NCBI GenBank assembly: GCA_964200075.2
Contig: CAXNAA020000010.1
Coordinates: 1 to 40,546 of the forward strand
Reading direction: 5' to 3'
Origin: Sphacelaria rigidula
Taxonomy: Eukaryota
DNA length: 40,546 nt
This document shows positions 23,890 to 37,200 of this stretch, piece by piece (within the stretch, counting starts at the first letter, position 1; every line of letters starts with the position of its first letter). The notes under the pieces were generated by a model, which was given only the letters and a program-made list of their open reading frames with translations, was not told the DNA's origin and ran no database searches. The translations under genes and the position numbers were made by a program.

Positions 23890-26800
23890 TTACCTCGTGT
23901 AAATGAAGAGTTGTCCGGCCTTATCCTGCATGACTCGCATGCCATCATCTATGTACACCACCGTCTGTTTTGTTACTGGTACATTCCCCAGGATCTGCAA
24001 CACACGAAACAGCGACGCGTTTGACGGCGAAGTCAGCGGGTTGGTGAGAATGCTTGTCGTCATGCAAACTGAATATTCCAGGCAGCAAGTCGTGAACTCC
24101 TTGTGTGTATTCCTTCGGGGTTATCTGCCGAAACAGTTTAGTGATATGCGTACCAGCGTCGAAGTCGTATTCCTCACTGCGGGCCGGATCATGGTGGAGC
24201 TGATTTGAATGTTATTTGATTGCTATAGAACATTTCCATGGCGCGGTGCCGCGTAGCACGAGTGCATAGCTGGACACTTTTAGCTGTTTCCTCGTCCCTC
24301 CCTTCAGATCGGTGCCCGCCCGCTTCTTCCCCTCTAGTTCGCCGACGATGGGTTGTCTCGCTTACCGTTTTCGCCACCTGTCCGGTGGGAAACTCTTTGC
24401 CCTCGAAGAACGACCCAGCCAGCGGGAGTAAAGGGACGTCTTCCACTGCCTTAAGCTGTGTCGATTCTACCTTAAGCTGCAAGAGATAAGCGTGCAAAGA
24501 ACAAGCGGCAGGTATTCAGAAGCGGTTTCACGGCGGATTTACGGCGCGAGTGTTACGTGTATCAAATAAATCAAGCAGTCAACTTTGTAGACGTACGTCC
24601 TCTGGATTCGATTGAGTACACTCGAATTTCGTTCCTCCCCAAGAAGCGCACCTCGACCACCTCGTTGTTGTCTCCTGACAACGAGCAATAAGCCTTGGTT
24701 GCAATGCAGCCCCCAAAGGTCGGCAGCAGCTTCCAAAACCCAACGAGGGGTATGGTTGTAAGTGGTAGCAGAATGAGATCCACCTGGTATTACAACAACG
24801 GGACACCGCAAAGTATCATTCTCGACGCCACTCTTTCTTTGCGTGGCTTCCATTGTATTTATCCAATAGCATGGCAGATAGAAATCAAAATGGAAAAGAG
24901 GAATGGCGACATGAACAAGAAAATGAAGGGACGCGGCTAAACAGAAAATATAATAGTTTGCGCGAGATCGTGGAAGAGGATATGGTCAGCAAAGTCCCTG
25001 TACCAGCACACGGTCAAGCACGCGACTGCTGCCACGATCGGCTTTTTGACGTCAATCACAGCAATTTATTATTATTACTATTATTATTATATCCGTCACA
25101 TTAGCTCAATCTCTCGAACCCGTGGTCACAAGAGTGCAAGGAACATACCACCCTTACCCATATACCAAACAGCCCGCAGAGGTAGGAATGCAACTACACC
25201 ATGAATACGATAGCGCCAAAGGAATGCACCTTCTATGCATCGCGACGCCGAGGCGTATTATATCATAGACACCGATCTGCTGCGTATCATGTTGGAAGTG
25301 CGCGTATTCACACGACCAACAATACACTGTCCCACGCCACACGTCATGGTGGACTACCTCATCAACAGCAAAGCCCTTCTACGTGCACCCATCTTATCGT
25401 GGGAACAACAACGTTTACCTCCGACTCCAATGAACCACTGCCACCGCCTGCTTTCGCCACTAGCGCCTCCTTCCCCGATCCATCACCAGCTACGACAGTA
25501 TCTTCTGCGTCCGCAAGCGGTTCCTCTTCAAGCGACCCCGATTTAACGAGGTCGACCAGCTGAAACGAGTGTGGAGGGGAGCGGAACGCTTCCAACGTCA
25601 TCAAGAAATAGGGGGAAACAGAACTCGCAGCTTGATTGACATGTGATACGTGAATCCACGGCAATGTGGTCGTCGTACTTTTCATTTTCGTTCACGTCAT
25701 TCCAGTTTCCGTGGGGGTATACAATGTACGGTGCGGCCAAGACAGCGAGTCACGCGAGCGTGGGCTACAGCAGTGGTTTGTCGAGGCACAGCAAAACAGA
25801 GCACGCAGTAAGCATATATCTTGTGACCGCGGCTGGGTCCCTCTGGGATCAGTTAATGTCTGACAATTATTCGATCAAATACATGTATTTTGGTCGAGGT
25901 TGTGCGCAGTCCCACGAGGGAGGGTCTGCGCTGTCTGGTAGTAGAACGATCTATATGTGATTTTACCGGGTCCACAAGCGAGTCTTCTGGAGAAGTGAGA
26001 CGAAAAAGACCGACACAATAGTTTGAGAGTGGCATCATTGTTTCCCCATCAAGTTACTTTGTGTTTGTCGCTTCCCTCGCCTGTGTCACGCGGCCGATGC
26101 GACTGATCCCCCAAGAGCCCGTCTGAAGCTGGTGAAGTTTGAAGAAAAGATCCGATTTTTCGGGGTCGTCGTAGCCAGCCTCCACCTGGGATTGATGGTG
26201 CGCGCAGACAGAGCCAAATCTTTCCATTAGACACTCTTTGGTATACTCGCAGCAGGCGTAGTTCCTATACGTTCATCAACATGAAATTATGTCAGCCAAT
26301 GAAGCGGTACCACTCGCGCTCTAAGGGATACAACCCATACCACTGTACTGCGTGTGCGCTAGTGTCGACAATTCATGTACATGGGGCCCTGAACCTTTGT
26401 GAGAAAAAAAAAGTGAGATTTCAATAGGTATGGTTCTTGGCTTGCTGCATGCTCGAAAAAATAGCTCTGCAAGTATTCCTCGAACTCCTCAACAACGAAT
26501 GCGACGTTCGGGAGGCAAGCATGCGATATACACAGCCCTGCTCCGTCGTCTGTATGCACGCTACTAGTACACAAACGAGCTGCAATCACTCACTCACCAT
26601 CTGGAAAAACGGAGACGCACGAAACAGCTCGACCGTCGTGTAGACCAATTCCCATCGTCCGCTGAGCTGTGCCCCCGTCAGGGGTCGGGCGACGGGCTGA
26701 ATTTGCGATAGCTGATCCACAAGATATCGCATGTCGTCCTTCGTCTTCAAGTAGGCATTTGATATGCCTGTAAGGAGAGTGACGTGTGCAGTTTTCAGTC

Positions 26801-28810
26801 GACAGGAAAGTCTTGATATACAACGTCGTGTTTTCGCCAATGAAATCGCTTTTGCTGGGCTCAAGTTGACATGGAAGTTTGGAATTAACCAAGGTGTGAC
26901 CATACAAGACGATAAACTGCGGCCATCTGCATTGCACTGCTTGTGCGGTACTGGGACCTTACAGGTAAAGTGCTGTCGACTTCTAGTGATCAAAATTACA
27001 AGATGGTCAACGAGAGCCAGGACACTACGTCGATTATGTACCGCTGCGCTGCTGGCAATCATGCCCGGCGGCCGATGAGAGTTTGTTCATGTTCGTGGTT
27101 GTGTTCATCTTGAGTGGGGACAGACTGCTGAACAGTGAAGTACGGGGCTAACCCCCTCATGAACCGCCAGTTTTGCACATGTCGAGTTCACGACACTTAG
27201 AGGCGCGCTAGGTAAATGGACTAAGATAGAGCGTATATGAGCACATACATTCCCCATGTTCCGCGTCCTCGGCGTAACGGAGTGAAGGACTTGCAGTGTG
27301 TCGTAGAGTATATAGTAGAACAACACAACACAGTGCTCGCAGCTCGTGATGGAATTGTGATGCAACGCTGTGTAGAGTGCCGAGTGGATTGAATATATGT
27401 ATAATGTAAAGTACAGTACAGGAAAGCGCAACAGTGGCTCTCACCAATGTTATGTTCATTCTCAAACAACACGACGATCTGCACAACACGGGTACAGGTG
27501 AGCATCAACCGCAACTTACACTGGATGAACTCGCAGGAGAACCAGATGAACGAAAACGCAGGTAAGTGAAAAATCTCATTCTATAGTCACAAGAATTGTG
27601 AGAAGATTGGAAAAAAATCATTACGATTCAGGTGCGCCCCAGTGGTCATGCAGATGCGCCAATAACCACTTAGGGCGGGAGGGTTGCGAATTTGGATCCC
27701 GGCGGGCGCGGAGTTTTGGAGGACTAGATAACCTAGTTTTCGCCATTGAAAGCGTGAGGGCCCGAGTAGCAAGAAAAAACCCGTCAGTGGCTAGCGTGGG
27801 TATATAGTCTGGGGAACACTAGATCCTTGGGGTACTTTAGAGTACTGGGTACTCCAGGGTACCCAGGACATCATCGATACTCAGTATTCTACGGTACCCA
27901 CGGTATCGACACCCCCAATATCTTGCCCTGCACCCTACCCTAACCTAGCTTACATACCCTGTGGTGCCCTGCATTTTCAGGGTATCCTGGACTTGCTGAT
28001 CCAATCTTCGGTTCGAAAATGTCAGGCCGGTAATGGGGGGAACACGGGTCGATTGCCTGAGACTCGCCCCGAGGAAGGAGAGGGGTCGACAGTATCACAG
28101 AGATGACTAGTCACGACAGTATACCCGTCGAGGCCAGCTGCACTTTTTTCTTTATTGTCCTACTCGTTCGTAAAAAAGGATGGATCACCTGATGACCTAT
28201 TTTGCTTGCAGACTGCTGTTGTTGACAGATTCCTGTACACTGTAAACCGTGAACAGGGAGTAGAACCGTCCATTTCGCATGCCTAGGGGAAAATTGATCT
28301 TGAATCGCTGCAATTGCGCTGTCTGGTGTTGCATTTGTGTTGTGTGCTGACAGTGTGTGGTAGTGTACTGTAGCGTACTCAGTATCATGTTGTTTGTGTG
28401 GTACGAGTATAAGCTGTTGATGCTATAACAACAGTACAAACATCGTACTCGTAGTACTACACATGAACGACCGTTCTCGATTCAAAAGTTCAAATATTCT
28501 GTTCTGCAGGAGCTGACTCTTACAGCGCATGCTTGCCTGAGCACGCCATACCACCCCTGTCCGTGAGTGCCGCGAGTTGCAATATCTTGGATCTCATGCC
28601 CTCTGCTTCTTCATTTGCCATAGAAAGTACAGTAGTCGCCTTGTTTCGGCCGCCATCGTCACCGCCGCCACTTCGCCATCTACGTGCTGACGTTGTAGAG
28701 ACAGGGATCCATCTCAACCCGAATCCCGACACAAAAGGGCAGTAGCACCCGAGCACAACAGCCTGAAGTAACAGAAACACTTTGAAATTTTTCTTTATAA
28801 GAGTATACAT
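23890..28810 (-). CDS. Plastid lipid-associated protein (PAP)/fibrillin family protein, plastid-targeted, 7 exons, ~345 aa
   Basis: Exons 28810-28537, 26767-26598, 26185-26081, 25559-25419, 24783-24652, 24476-24366, 23994-23890 join in frame (1038 nt including stop). Fibrillin-type motifs: LAALTDRG, LSGRWELVYTT, and C-terminal YIDDGMRVMQDKAGQLFIYTR. The N-terminus is a hydrophobic signal peptide ending ..FVSG/FGLR, followed by a Ser/Thr/Arg-rich transit peptide. Confidence 0.88.
27830..27990. repeat. GGTAC/GGGTACCC-rich low-complexity repeat
   Basis: Multiple GGTAC/AGTAC/GGTAT words clustered in fibrillin intron 1. Confidence 0.5.
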
Positions 28811-30025
28811 GTTTATATGTCTCTGCTCGCGTTCCTCCTTGTACAGGCAGGCGTTGTCAGAGAGACAATATCCACCCGCGAGATAGATACGCCGTAGACA
28901 GGTGTTATTCGCCGTAGGGGGTGAAACAATGGAAAATGACAACGTGAAGGCGAGCATTTCGTCTTTGCTTGCCTTTTGCCCTTCAAGACTTCAAGTAGAC
29001 CAGTACTTGTGAGGGGCATAGCGGTGATGAAAAGAAAGTCTATGGACGACAGTACGACCGATGGTGAGTCTTCAGATGAGCACTGATTTCTGCGTTCTAT
29101 GGGTGGTGCATTTTCTTTGGTTTGTTCCAAACTCCGGCTTTGTAGCTGGAGGGAGAGGGGTGCTCTCCAAAGATCGGAGGTTCTGCCCTGCCACTGCTTG
29201 GCGCGGCACCCCGTCTCCCAAGCATTCATATACAGGCAGTGCAATGCAGTGCGCAGGTGTAGCGTAGCCTTATAATCCATCGTATACAATATAGCGATGT
29301 TGGGAGCAGTGTGACTTCAAGCGCATAGTTGAAACTCCATGAGCTTTTTCACGGAAGCCTCGAAAGCCTCCCATCAAGAAAATTTCGCTGTGCACCAGGT
29401 CGTTCTTGAGAGTGAGGAATCACGAAGTGCAAAGCCCTCGACGGCAGGTATACAACAGTAGGCAGAGCGACGTGTTGCACACGCTTGTTGGCTTTGCACT
29501 TCGGTCTAAGTGTGTCACGTTATGATTGGCTAATGCACGACTCGGCCACGGACCACCTGCCTTGCTGTATCTCTGAAGCGAAACCAAAAAGCACGCGGCC
29601 CTGCGGCGCAATGCGGTTTTCATTCTTATGGGTTTCCTTCGGTAGGCGGGGGAAGCGGTTCCGGAGGGCCATTATTATGGACACTGTTTTTCGGAGATAC
29701 AGGTATCCGAAAATTTACGGACTGGCGAGGGACCTGATCACTCTTGAACACTTGCGAGCGCCACGGCGTACACGCATAGCAGCTCTACGAAGCGCTGCGG
29801 TGCAATCCGAATGTTTCGAACTTTTCAAAAAATGATGCTCTGGAGAAAAAATCAAGCCGCTTCGTTTTCGGGGAAGTTTGAAGGCGGAGTCCGAAAAGTC
29901 TGAAAAAAAATCTGAGATCTCCGAAATAGTTGTGTCGACAATGATGTGCTTGAGCGGGAACATTTTGTTGGTTTGAAACCGCCAAATCAATGCGCTATTC
30001 AGGGGGGATGGGATAAGGACAAAAT

Positions 30026-30046
30026 ACACACACACACACACACACA
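30026..30046. repeat. (CA)n microsatellite
   Basis: Direct reading of the sequence. Confidence 0.9.
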
Positions 30047-30388
30047 GTAGCAGAATACAGCGGATATCACCCGACATCGCCGTGCTGTAGGGCATGTCTA
30101 ACGATGGTATCGCACAAAACGGACCCCCGATGTCTGCCCTTTTCGGTATATTTCTAACCAGAATTATAGTGAAGATGCCGACAGACCTACTCCGACTGCG
30201 ATCTAGAGGCAAAAATGCACTTTAAAACAGTGTTGATAAGAAAGGGCGCGTTGCTGTGTGAATTAGCGCAATGCCGTCCATGTTCAGTGGCGTAACTCTC
30301 TCAATTTTGCGTCAAAAACGACCTGCAAGCATTTTACGACAGGTTATATTCCATGCCGTCTCCTTGCCTCAAGATCACAAGAGCGGTA

Positions 30389-30457
30389 CTGACGTTATCG
30401 GGTCGAAAAGCGCACACATTTCACTCGAAGCCTCATTTTCCTGACGTTATCGGGTCG
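30389..30457 (+). promoter_or_regulatory. Perfect 17-bp direct repeat CTGACGTTATCGGGTCG in the divergent fibrillin/UBA3 intergenic region
   Basis: Copies at 30389-30405 and 30441-30457, with a partial CCTGACG at ~30483. The regulatory role is inferred from position only. Confidence 0.35.
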
Positions 30458-31243
30458 TAGGATAGCAACAGTCACTTATTTCCCTGACGCTCGTTGGAGT
30501 ACAAATTCAGCGTTCGTACTCACCAGCAGTGCATCAGTCGATATTATGCCGTGACCGGCCTCGGATACACATGTGTCGGTTCCGCATACACGCATTTGGG
30601 GGTGTGCGCGAGGTATTTTTTTTTTCCGGGATTCTAAAGAGGCACATTTGAAACCTATCAAGAAGGACTGCGAACCGTCTCTCGGAAATCGAAGGCCCTA
30701 GTACGCCCCTAGGACACCCGCATATCTTGGTTCAGCGGGGGTCGTTCTCAACACGCCGCCAACGTAAGCAACTGTGAATTCTCCACCGTGCTGCGGTGTG
30801 CATGACTGTTGCTGCGCCGCTATTTTAGCGGCATCCTCAATAACTTTCTTCCTGAATCAATTCTGTCAACGGGTTGTTGCGACACTGCCCTGAGGCTATG
30901 CACCCACACTGCTTCATCTGCTGTACATCTTCGGCCATGGTCCCGTTGTCGTGTGGTGCTGCTGTAGATCCGGCGTGTTCGACTCCACAGCTAAGTATTT
31001 AGGGTTTCCACAGCACTCTAAACCCAGTATAACAGTGGTTGCGCCGCATTTTGGAATCTGTAGCGTGGTTCTGGAGCAGGCCCTCGAACAAACACGTCGC
31101 AATTTTGCAAGTAGCCTGAATTTGGGGTTACGATCATTATTTGAATCACTCTCAGGATCATGTGACCGAGCTGAATAACCCCGACTATGCACTGCCTGCC
31201 TTCTTGTTCTACCCATGTTACCGATGTACCCCGAACTGCCAAG

Positions 31244-34200
31244 GCAATGAAGATGTTTCGATCTCAGCGATAGCGCCTGAGATCGACACTCCGGCCGCCA
31301 TCAACGGCGTAGACAATGGCGCCAACGCCACCGACGCCGCCGCCAACATTGACCCAAGCCAACGATGGAGAGCGATGGAAAAAATATTGGCCCGCGCTTC
31401 GCCTTTCGGCGCGGAGACTGGCCTCCTCCCCACCGGACAGTTCGAGCCATTCGAAAATGTGAGCCGCCGCATGTTGAAAGAAAGGGCACAACAACCGCGC
31501 TCCGGTGGTTGTACTGGTACAGGTTTACAGTTTGAGCGGAATGTTGCGAGCTCGACTCTACACAAATACGTTATCTCTGAGCAAAATATAAATTCCGTGG
31601 ATAGAAGCATGACGCTAGTGGCAAGGAAAAAGTTGGCGAGAACTGACGGGTAACGGGGGTGCCATCCAATAGTCCATGACACAATGTCAAGCAGGTACCG
31701 TGGGGAAATCACTTCATCGCTCAGGAATGCTCTGGTCTATTTCTTGGTGGTCACGCACCCCATCCATCGAACTGTATATCAATCGAACGCGATTTTCGAG
31801 GGACTTCCGGGAGCCTTTTCCCAACGCAGACACCTGCATTTGTCACTGTTCGAAGAAAAGGCTCCAGAACACGCAAAACGCATCTCGAAACAACAATATG
31901 TGAGGTCTTTCGCAGTTTTCTAGATCCCAACGACAAGTGAGGCGTCGTTCGGGCATTGCCGAAAAGTCTGTAAGTGCAGGTTTAGATCAATACCTGGCTC
32001 GTGCTGTGAGTCGCGGGACCAGATGGTCTACGCAACCAGGGAAGATTGCGTATCGATTTACTGGTTGAAAATTACAAAACACGTACAGCTGTTGTTTTCC
32101 ATTTAGGTTCTACTGCGCAGTACAGCCAGTGCTTTGCCCAGTTATATTTTTACTACCCTTCCAATAGACAATTCATGGTGAGATAAGCAGACTCGGTGAA
32201 GCATTTACCGTTTTAGCGCCTGCGGCCTGCAATTGGACGTGACAGTCCCGTGGAGGATGACGATGTTGTAGGCGAGGAAGATGATCTAGGACGTCCAGGC
32301 GCTTAACCCTTTGGAAACCCAGTGCTGTTTTTTGTTTTTGTGAGTCGGCATTATTTTGACCTGAAAATGAATGAAAATGATGCCGATTCACAAAAACAAA
32401 AATTGTAAATGGATTCCGAAAGGGTTGAACAGTTTTGGCGTAGTTATTTTTTTGCCAGTAGCATCGCAGCAGGCTACGAAGGTTGAGAGGGTGGAGTGGG
32501 GTCTCTAGCCATGTTTGCCCAAGACTTAGCAGCAGACAGCCGCGGATGGAAGCTGAGGTTCGTGGAAAGGACAAACTGACCACTGAGGCTCATTAGTGTT
32601 CCATGTGTGTGTCAACGCGTGCGTTCGTCCTGCTCAATCGTCTGTTCGGGTTAGGGAGGAAACTTCCGCGAACCTCCGGCACAAATCAAACTCTACACAA
32701 CCACAGCCGCACATCCCGCCTGGAGCCCGTACATCCCCGATAGAATGCACCACGCCCTTCAGCTGTCCATCAACAAACAGTTCAGTTGTGTTTGTTGACC
32801 ACATACATATAAGTGTAGCAGGTTGGCGCGATGGCCACTGTACTGTACTGTTGAAAATTGTGAGACAGCGTTGCCGGTGGCCCTCCCGTGTGCAAGAAAA
32901 ACTTTTCTACAGACTGCACTGTAATGCTGTGATGTCTGTGACGGGTGCATCTGCGTGTCAACGACCTTTCTATGTAGGTGTTGTGTCGCCACCACAACAA
33001 TTTATCCCGAACCCCCGGCTGAAGAAAAAAAAACGGCCTGCAATGTCACGGTCTTCAAAGAGATTAAATCCCAATAGCCTTCAACTATAGACCATATTCA
33101 TGCCTACCTCCTCCAGAAACTTCGACACAACTCTCCCCACCACAGCGCACGAACGAACGATCGATATTTGCCAACAGCTGGCAAAACAGGTACTCAACGC
33201 CTCCAGCGTAGGACGTTTTGCAGTGTCTCGATTGGTGTCATGGGTGGGCTGCTGTCGGGGACTCCAGTTCCGTGGTGGCTGTACATCCCTCAACGTATTT
33301 GAGGACGTGCTACACAGATTATACCAATAAATCACCAGTCTTCGCTTTTTTGCTCATTTACGCTTCACCCACCTTCTATGCGTTGTACAGGTGGCGGAAT
33401 ACTTGGAGGGCGAATTTAAGGTACTAGTTATTGGCGCAGGCGGGTTGGGGTGCGAGCTGCTAAAAGACTTGGCGCTCTCGGCCATCACCGATATCACAGT
33501 GATCGACATGGACTCCATCGACGTCTCAAACCTCAACAGGTGAGTGTCCGACGATCCAGACCAAACATTCACAGCAGCCATTGCCAGTTGTCAGGAACAG
33601 AAAGGACGACTGTTGACATGTGTCGGGCTCCCCTTACGTACGTGCTGTAGTACGCATTTAGATCGATGTGCGACAGATCGTGCTCCGGCAAATGCCTGTT
33701 GTGATCGTCGGGATCTACCGTGGATATTTACTACTGTGATTTACCGCACATACTGCGATCAGCTGGGCTTCGCACAACTCGCTGCACGGCTCCCTAACAG
33801 CATCCCCGCATGTTCATCTCGTCTACTGATCATATAAACGTAGAAGAGTTGCTGAAATCCAGGAAAAATCCTGTAGCAAACAAGCTCCCGTCCCCGCGCG
33901 CCGCGCCTGCCCTCGCTCCTTTCTCCGCGGACGTGTGTCACGTCGTGAGCAGGCAGTTTCTGTTTCGACAAAAGGACGTCGGGCGTCCGAAGGCAACCGT
34001 TGCAGCGGAGGCAATCATGTCCCGAGTGGCGGGGTGCAAAGTGGAGGCCCACCACGCCAAGATTCAAGACTTTGACGCAGACTTCTACCGTGAGGTGAGT
34101 GAGCTATACTTGTTTGTTTGGCCTTTACACAATGATGCTGCATGCTGCACCAGGCGTCGAAAGCAGCGTTAAGCAGCTTATCTTGCGTGATCAGGGCTGC

Positions 34201-37200
34201 CTTTTCTGGATTTCGAGCAGGGTTTAATCGAGCCGCGGCTACTGAGCACAGCTGGATTAATCTGCAGCGAAAACCGCGGTACGAGTCCGCTCGTTCACAC
34301 ACACATACATATGTATGCACAACTCAATTGCACTACCGAAACTGTTGTTTGTTGTCGCCGCACCCGGGCCCAGCGGCTTTTTGCTGACTTTTTTTTTTTT
34401 CCAACACCCGATTCCAGTTTAACGTGGTAATTTCAGGCCTAGACAACGTGGAGGCCCGGCGATGGCTGAACTCTATGCTCTGCTCGTTGGTGTCACAAGA
34501 TGATGATGGCAACGTAGACTTCAGCACCATCGTTCCCCTCGTCGACGGGGGCACCGAGGGTGAGTCTTTGGGATTCAAGTCCTTGAGCAACCACCGCGTC
34601 TCGGTGGTTTGATTGTTGCAACTGACCCGATTTCAGGTCGAATGGGTGTGGGTTCGATTTCCAACAGGTGCTCGTGTTTTTTTTCCTTCTGAAAAAATTA
34701 GATTTTTGCCTTTGAAAACGCGAGGATATGAGTAACGACGAAACTTTATTCGATGAAAGTCCACGCGGTGCGGAAGTGCTGACCCAATCTGCGATGCCAA
34801 ATGCTAGGAGTGTACCGAGGGCGATGTGTGCTGATCCCTCAAGGCCACGGGTTGGTCCCCCTGTTGATGAAAAGAAGAAAGAAGCATCGCGTACGGCACG
34901 TTGCACTCGATAGTCTCGTGCAGTGTTGACCATAAAATGGCCCGTTTGGTTTCCCTGTCCAGTTCAGCTGCTCCGTGACTCCGGATCTTGACTGCGTCTA
35001 TTGAGGTCCGTGACGCTGTAAACACCAACTAGTTATCGGCGATAAAATGATCTTGTATCTACTACTGTAGCGTAGTCCACCGCGGTGTATCTGGAGAATA
35101 AGAGTTACCTCGTTACCCCGGAGGCATTGTGTAAGCTTGTTTCGTCTCCTGGTTCATCGACGCTGTGTTGAGGCCCGTTGCTATGCTTCACCTCTGCTTT
35201 ACTTTCGTTGGCCGTACCTTCCACACTTCCCTTACATTTTGCCGCACAGGTTTCAAGGGCCAGGCTCGCGTGATACTTCCGCACGTGACTTCGTGCTTCG
35301 AGTGTTCTCTGGGCATGTTCCCCCCGCAGAAAGTGTTCCCCATGTGTACCATCGCTGAGACGCCTCGCATGCCGGAGCATTGCATCAGCTATGCGATGCT
35401 GCTGCTCTGGCCAAAACAGTTTCCGGGTAAGGGTTTCGCTTTTGAGAATCAATATACTGGGTTTTATATACCTCGGCATGGGGTGGACCGGTGTCGACGG
35501 AGGGGCCCTGGCAGCGGGAAGCAGTACGACTGGCATCTGTTCTGAGGAACAGTGCAAAATTGACGCTAGACGTGGAATAGACAAACATTAATGTCGCTGC
35601 TAGAGCGGAGTTGTCCTGCCTTGTTTATCACCTCGCTGTGCTTCTCCGCCTCGTCCGCCCTATCGTTTCGCTGCTGGATCAATTGACAGGGAAGAAGCTG
35701 GACAACGACGACCCGGAGCACATGAAGGTATACTATGCTGTTCTTCCATGTGTTGCACCCCGTCTTTCACTAGACCCCTCGAGCCATTCTGTGAGACCTT
35801 GCAGTGAAGAAGATTGAAATGCTGTGTCCTTTGTTGTCTTTGCCTCCAACACTGTCGTTTCCCGAAAGGAATTCGAGCTCAAGCTGTCTAGTAGTCGAAC
35901 ATTTTGTTACTCGGGTAGGACGTGCCCGTACCCAGTTTGCCAGGATGACCGTTCCTGATTAATCTATTCCGCTGAAGACGAGATGAATTCACGACCCGCC
36001 TGCACGGCTCAGCGTAATTACGAGTCCTCCACCCCCCAAATAGACTCATGCTAGCGCTGTACAGGACTCCGCTTCAGCAAGTCGTGGAGAAGTGAGCTCG
36101 ATCGACCCGCCAAAAAGCGTTCCCCGAGAAAATCATCGTGACTCTTTGATGACAAGGGCTGTACAGTACAGACAGAGAAGCGTCTCCGAAGCCCCCCCCC
36201 GCCCCAGATCCGTCCTGGTGTCGACAGTTGCTTTTATTCCTCTACTCGTCATACATTTGCATAGCGTTTCTACTCACGCCCTGCATTTGTTTGGTGAGGG
36301 ATAGAGATAGTGCAGCTTTGTTTTCATTTGCGATACTCGACCACGCCAACCATGTTTACCAATTATTGCTACCGACTTGCTGCAGGTTCTTCAATTTTTC
36401 GGGCTCAGCATTGTTACTTTGTCATCTTTTTCGATGTTGCATTCTGCAGTGGGTGTGCGAGCAGGCCAAGGAGAGAGCCGACGCGCATGGCATCGCCGGG
36501 GTGACGTACGAACTGACCCTTGGTGTGGTGAAGAATATCATCCCGGCTGTGGCAAGCACGAATGCGATCATCGCGGCGGCGTGCACAAACGAAGCGATCA
36601 AGCTGCTGTCCTACGCGGGTCAGACAATGTACAACTATATGATGTGAGTGGGATCGAAGACGGGGCTCATGGTAAGATATACATGTGCACAGCACACGGA
36701 AATAGCGTTGACTGTCGAGGTCAAGTTGATAATTTGTTCTCCGTGAATGGAACGGCCATACCACGTCGATAGCAACACGTCCCGCCCGCTCTGTGAAGTA
36801 AAGCGGCGTCGGGAGAAGCTAGTACTACGGTGGGGGACCACGTAGGAAGCCCTGGTGCTGTTCCTTTTTCTTCAGCGAGTGTTTCAGTTTTGTTTTTGTT
36901 GGGTACGTCTATCATGCGACCACGGCTGGACCACTGGGGGGTCAGTTAAAGCGCGACAATCAATCAATCACTCATCAATCAGTGTAGATACTGGTGGGAC
37001 AATCAGTGCACAATTAGGATTGTAGGGTTGGGGTGTGTGTTGAAGTGTTGTGCTGTGCTGTGTTGTGTTGTGGATGCCCGGCGCCTGTGTCCTCGTCGTC
37101 GTGCTTTCTTGCCGGGAATAGCTGGGGACCGGCAGTTTCCATGCATATGTTTACAGGGGCATCGAGCTGTAGATGGACTGTCAAAGCACCCCCTTCCTCT

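Noticed and set aside
27080-27590. Possible solo LTR or antisense exons (plus-strand CAG|GTGAGC and CAG|GTAAGT) in fibrillin intron 1
   Set aside because: No second LTR, TSD, primer-binding site or coherent reading frame could be established.
34600-34690. tRNA-like B-box (GGTTCGATTTC) followed by oligo-T; similar at ~40125-40160 on the - strand
   Set aside because: No cloverleaf; at most decayed repeat heads, insufficient to call.
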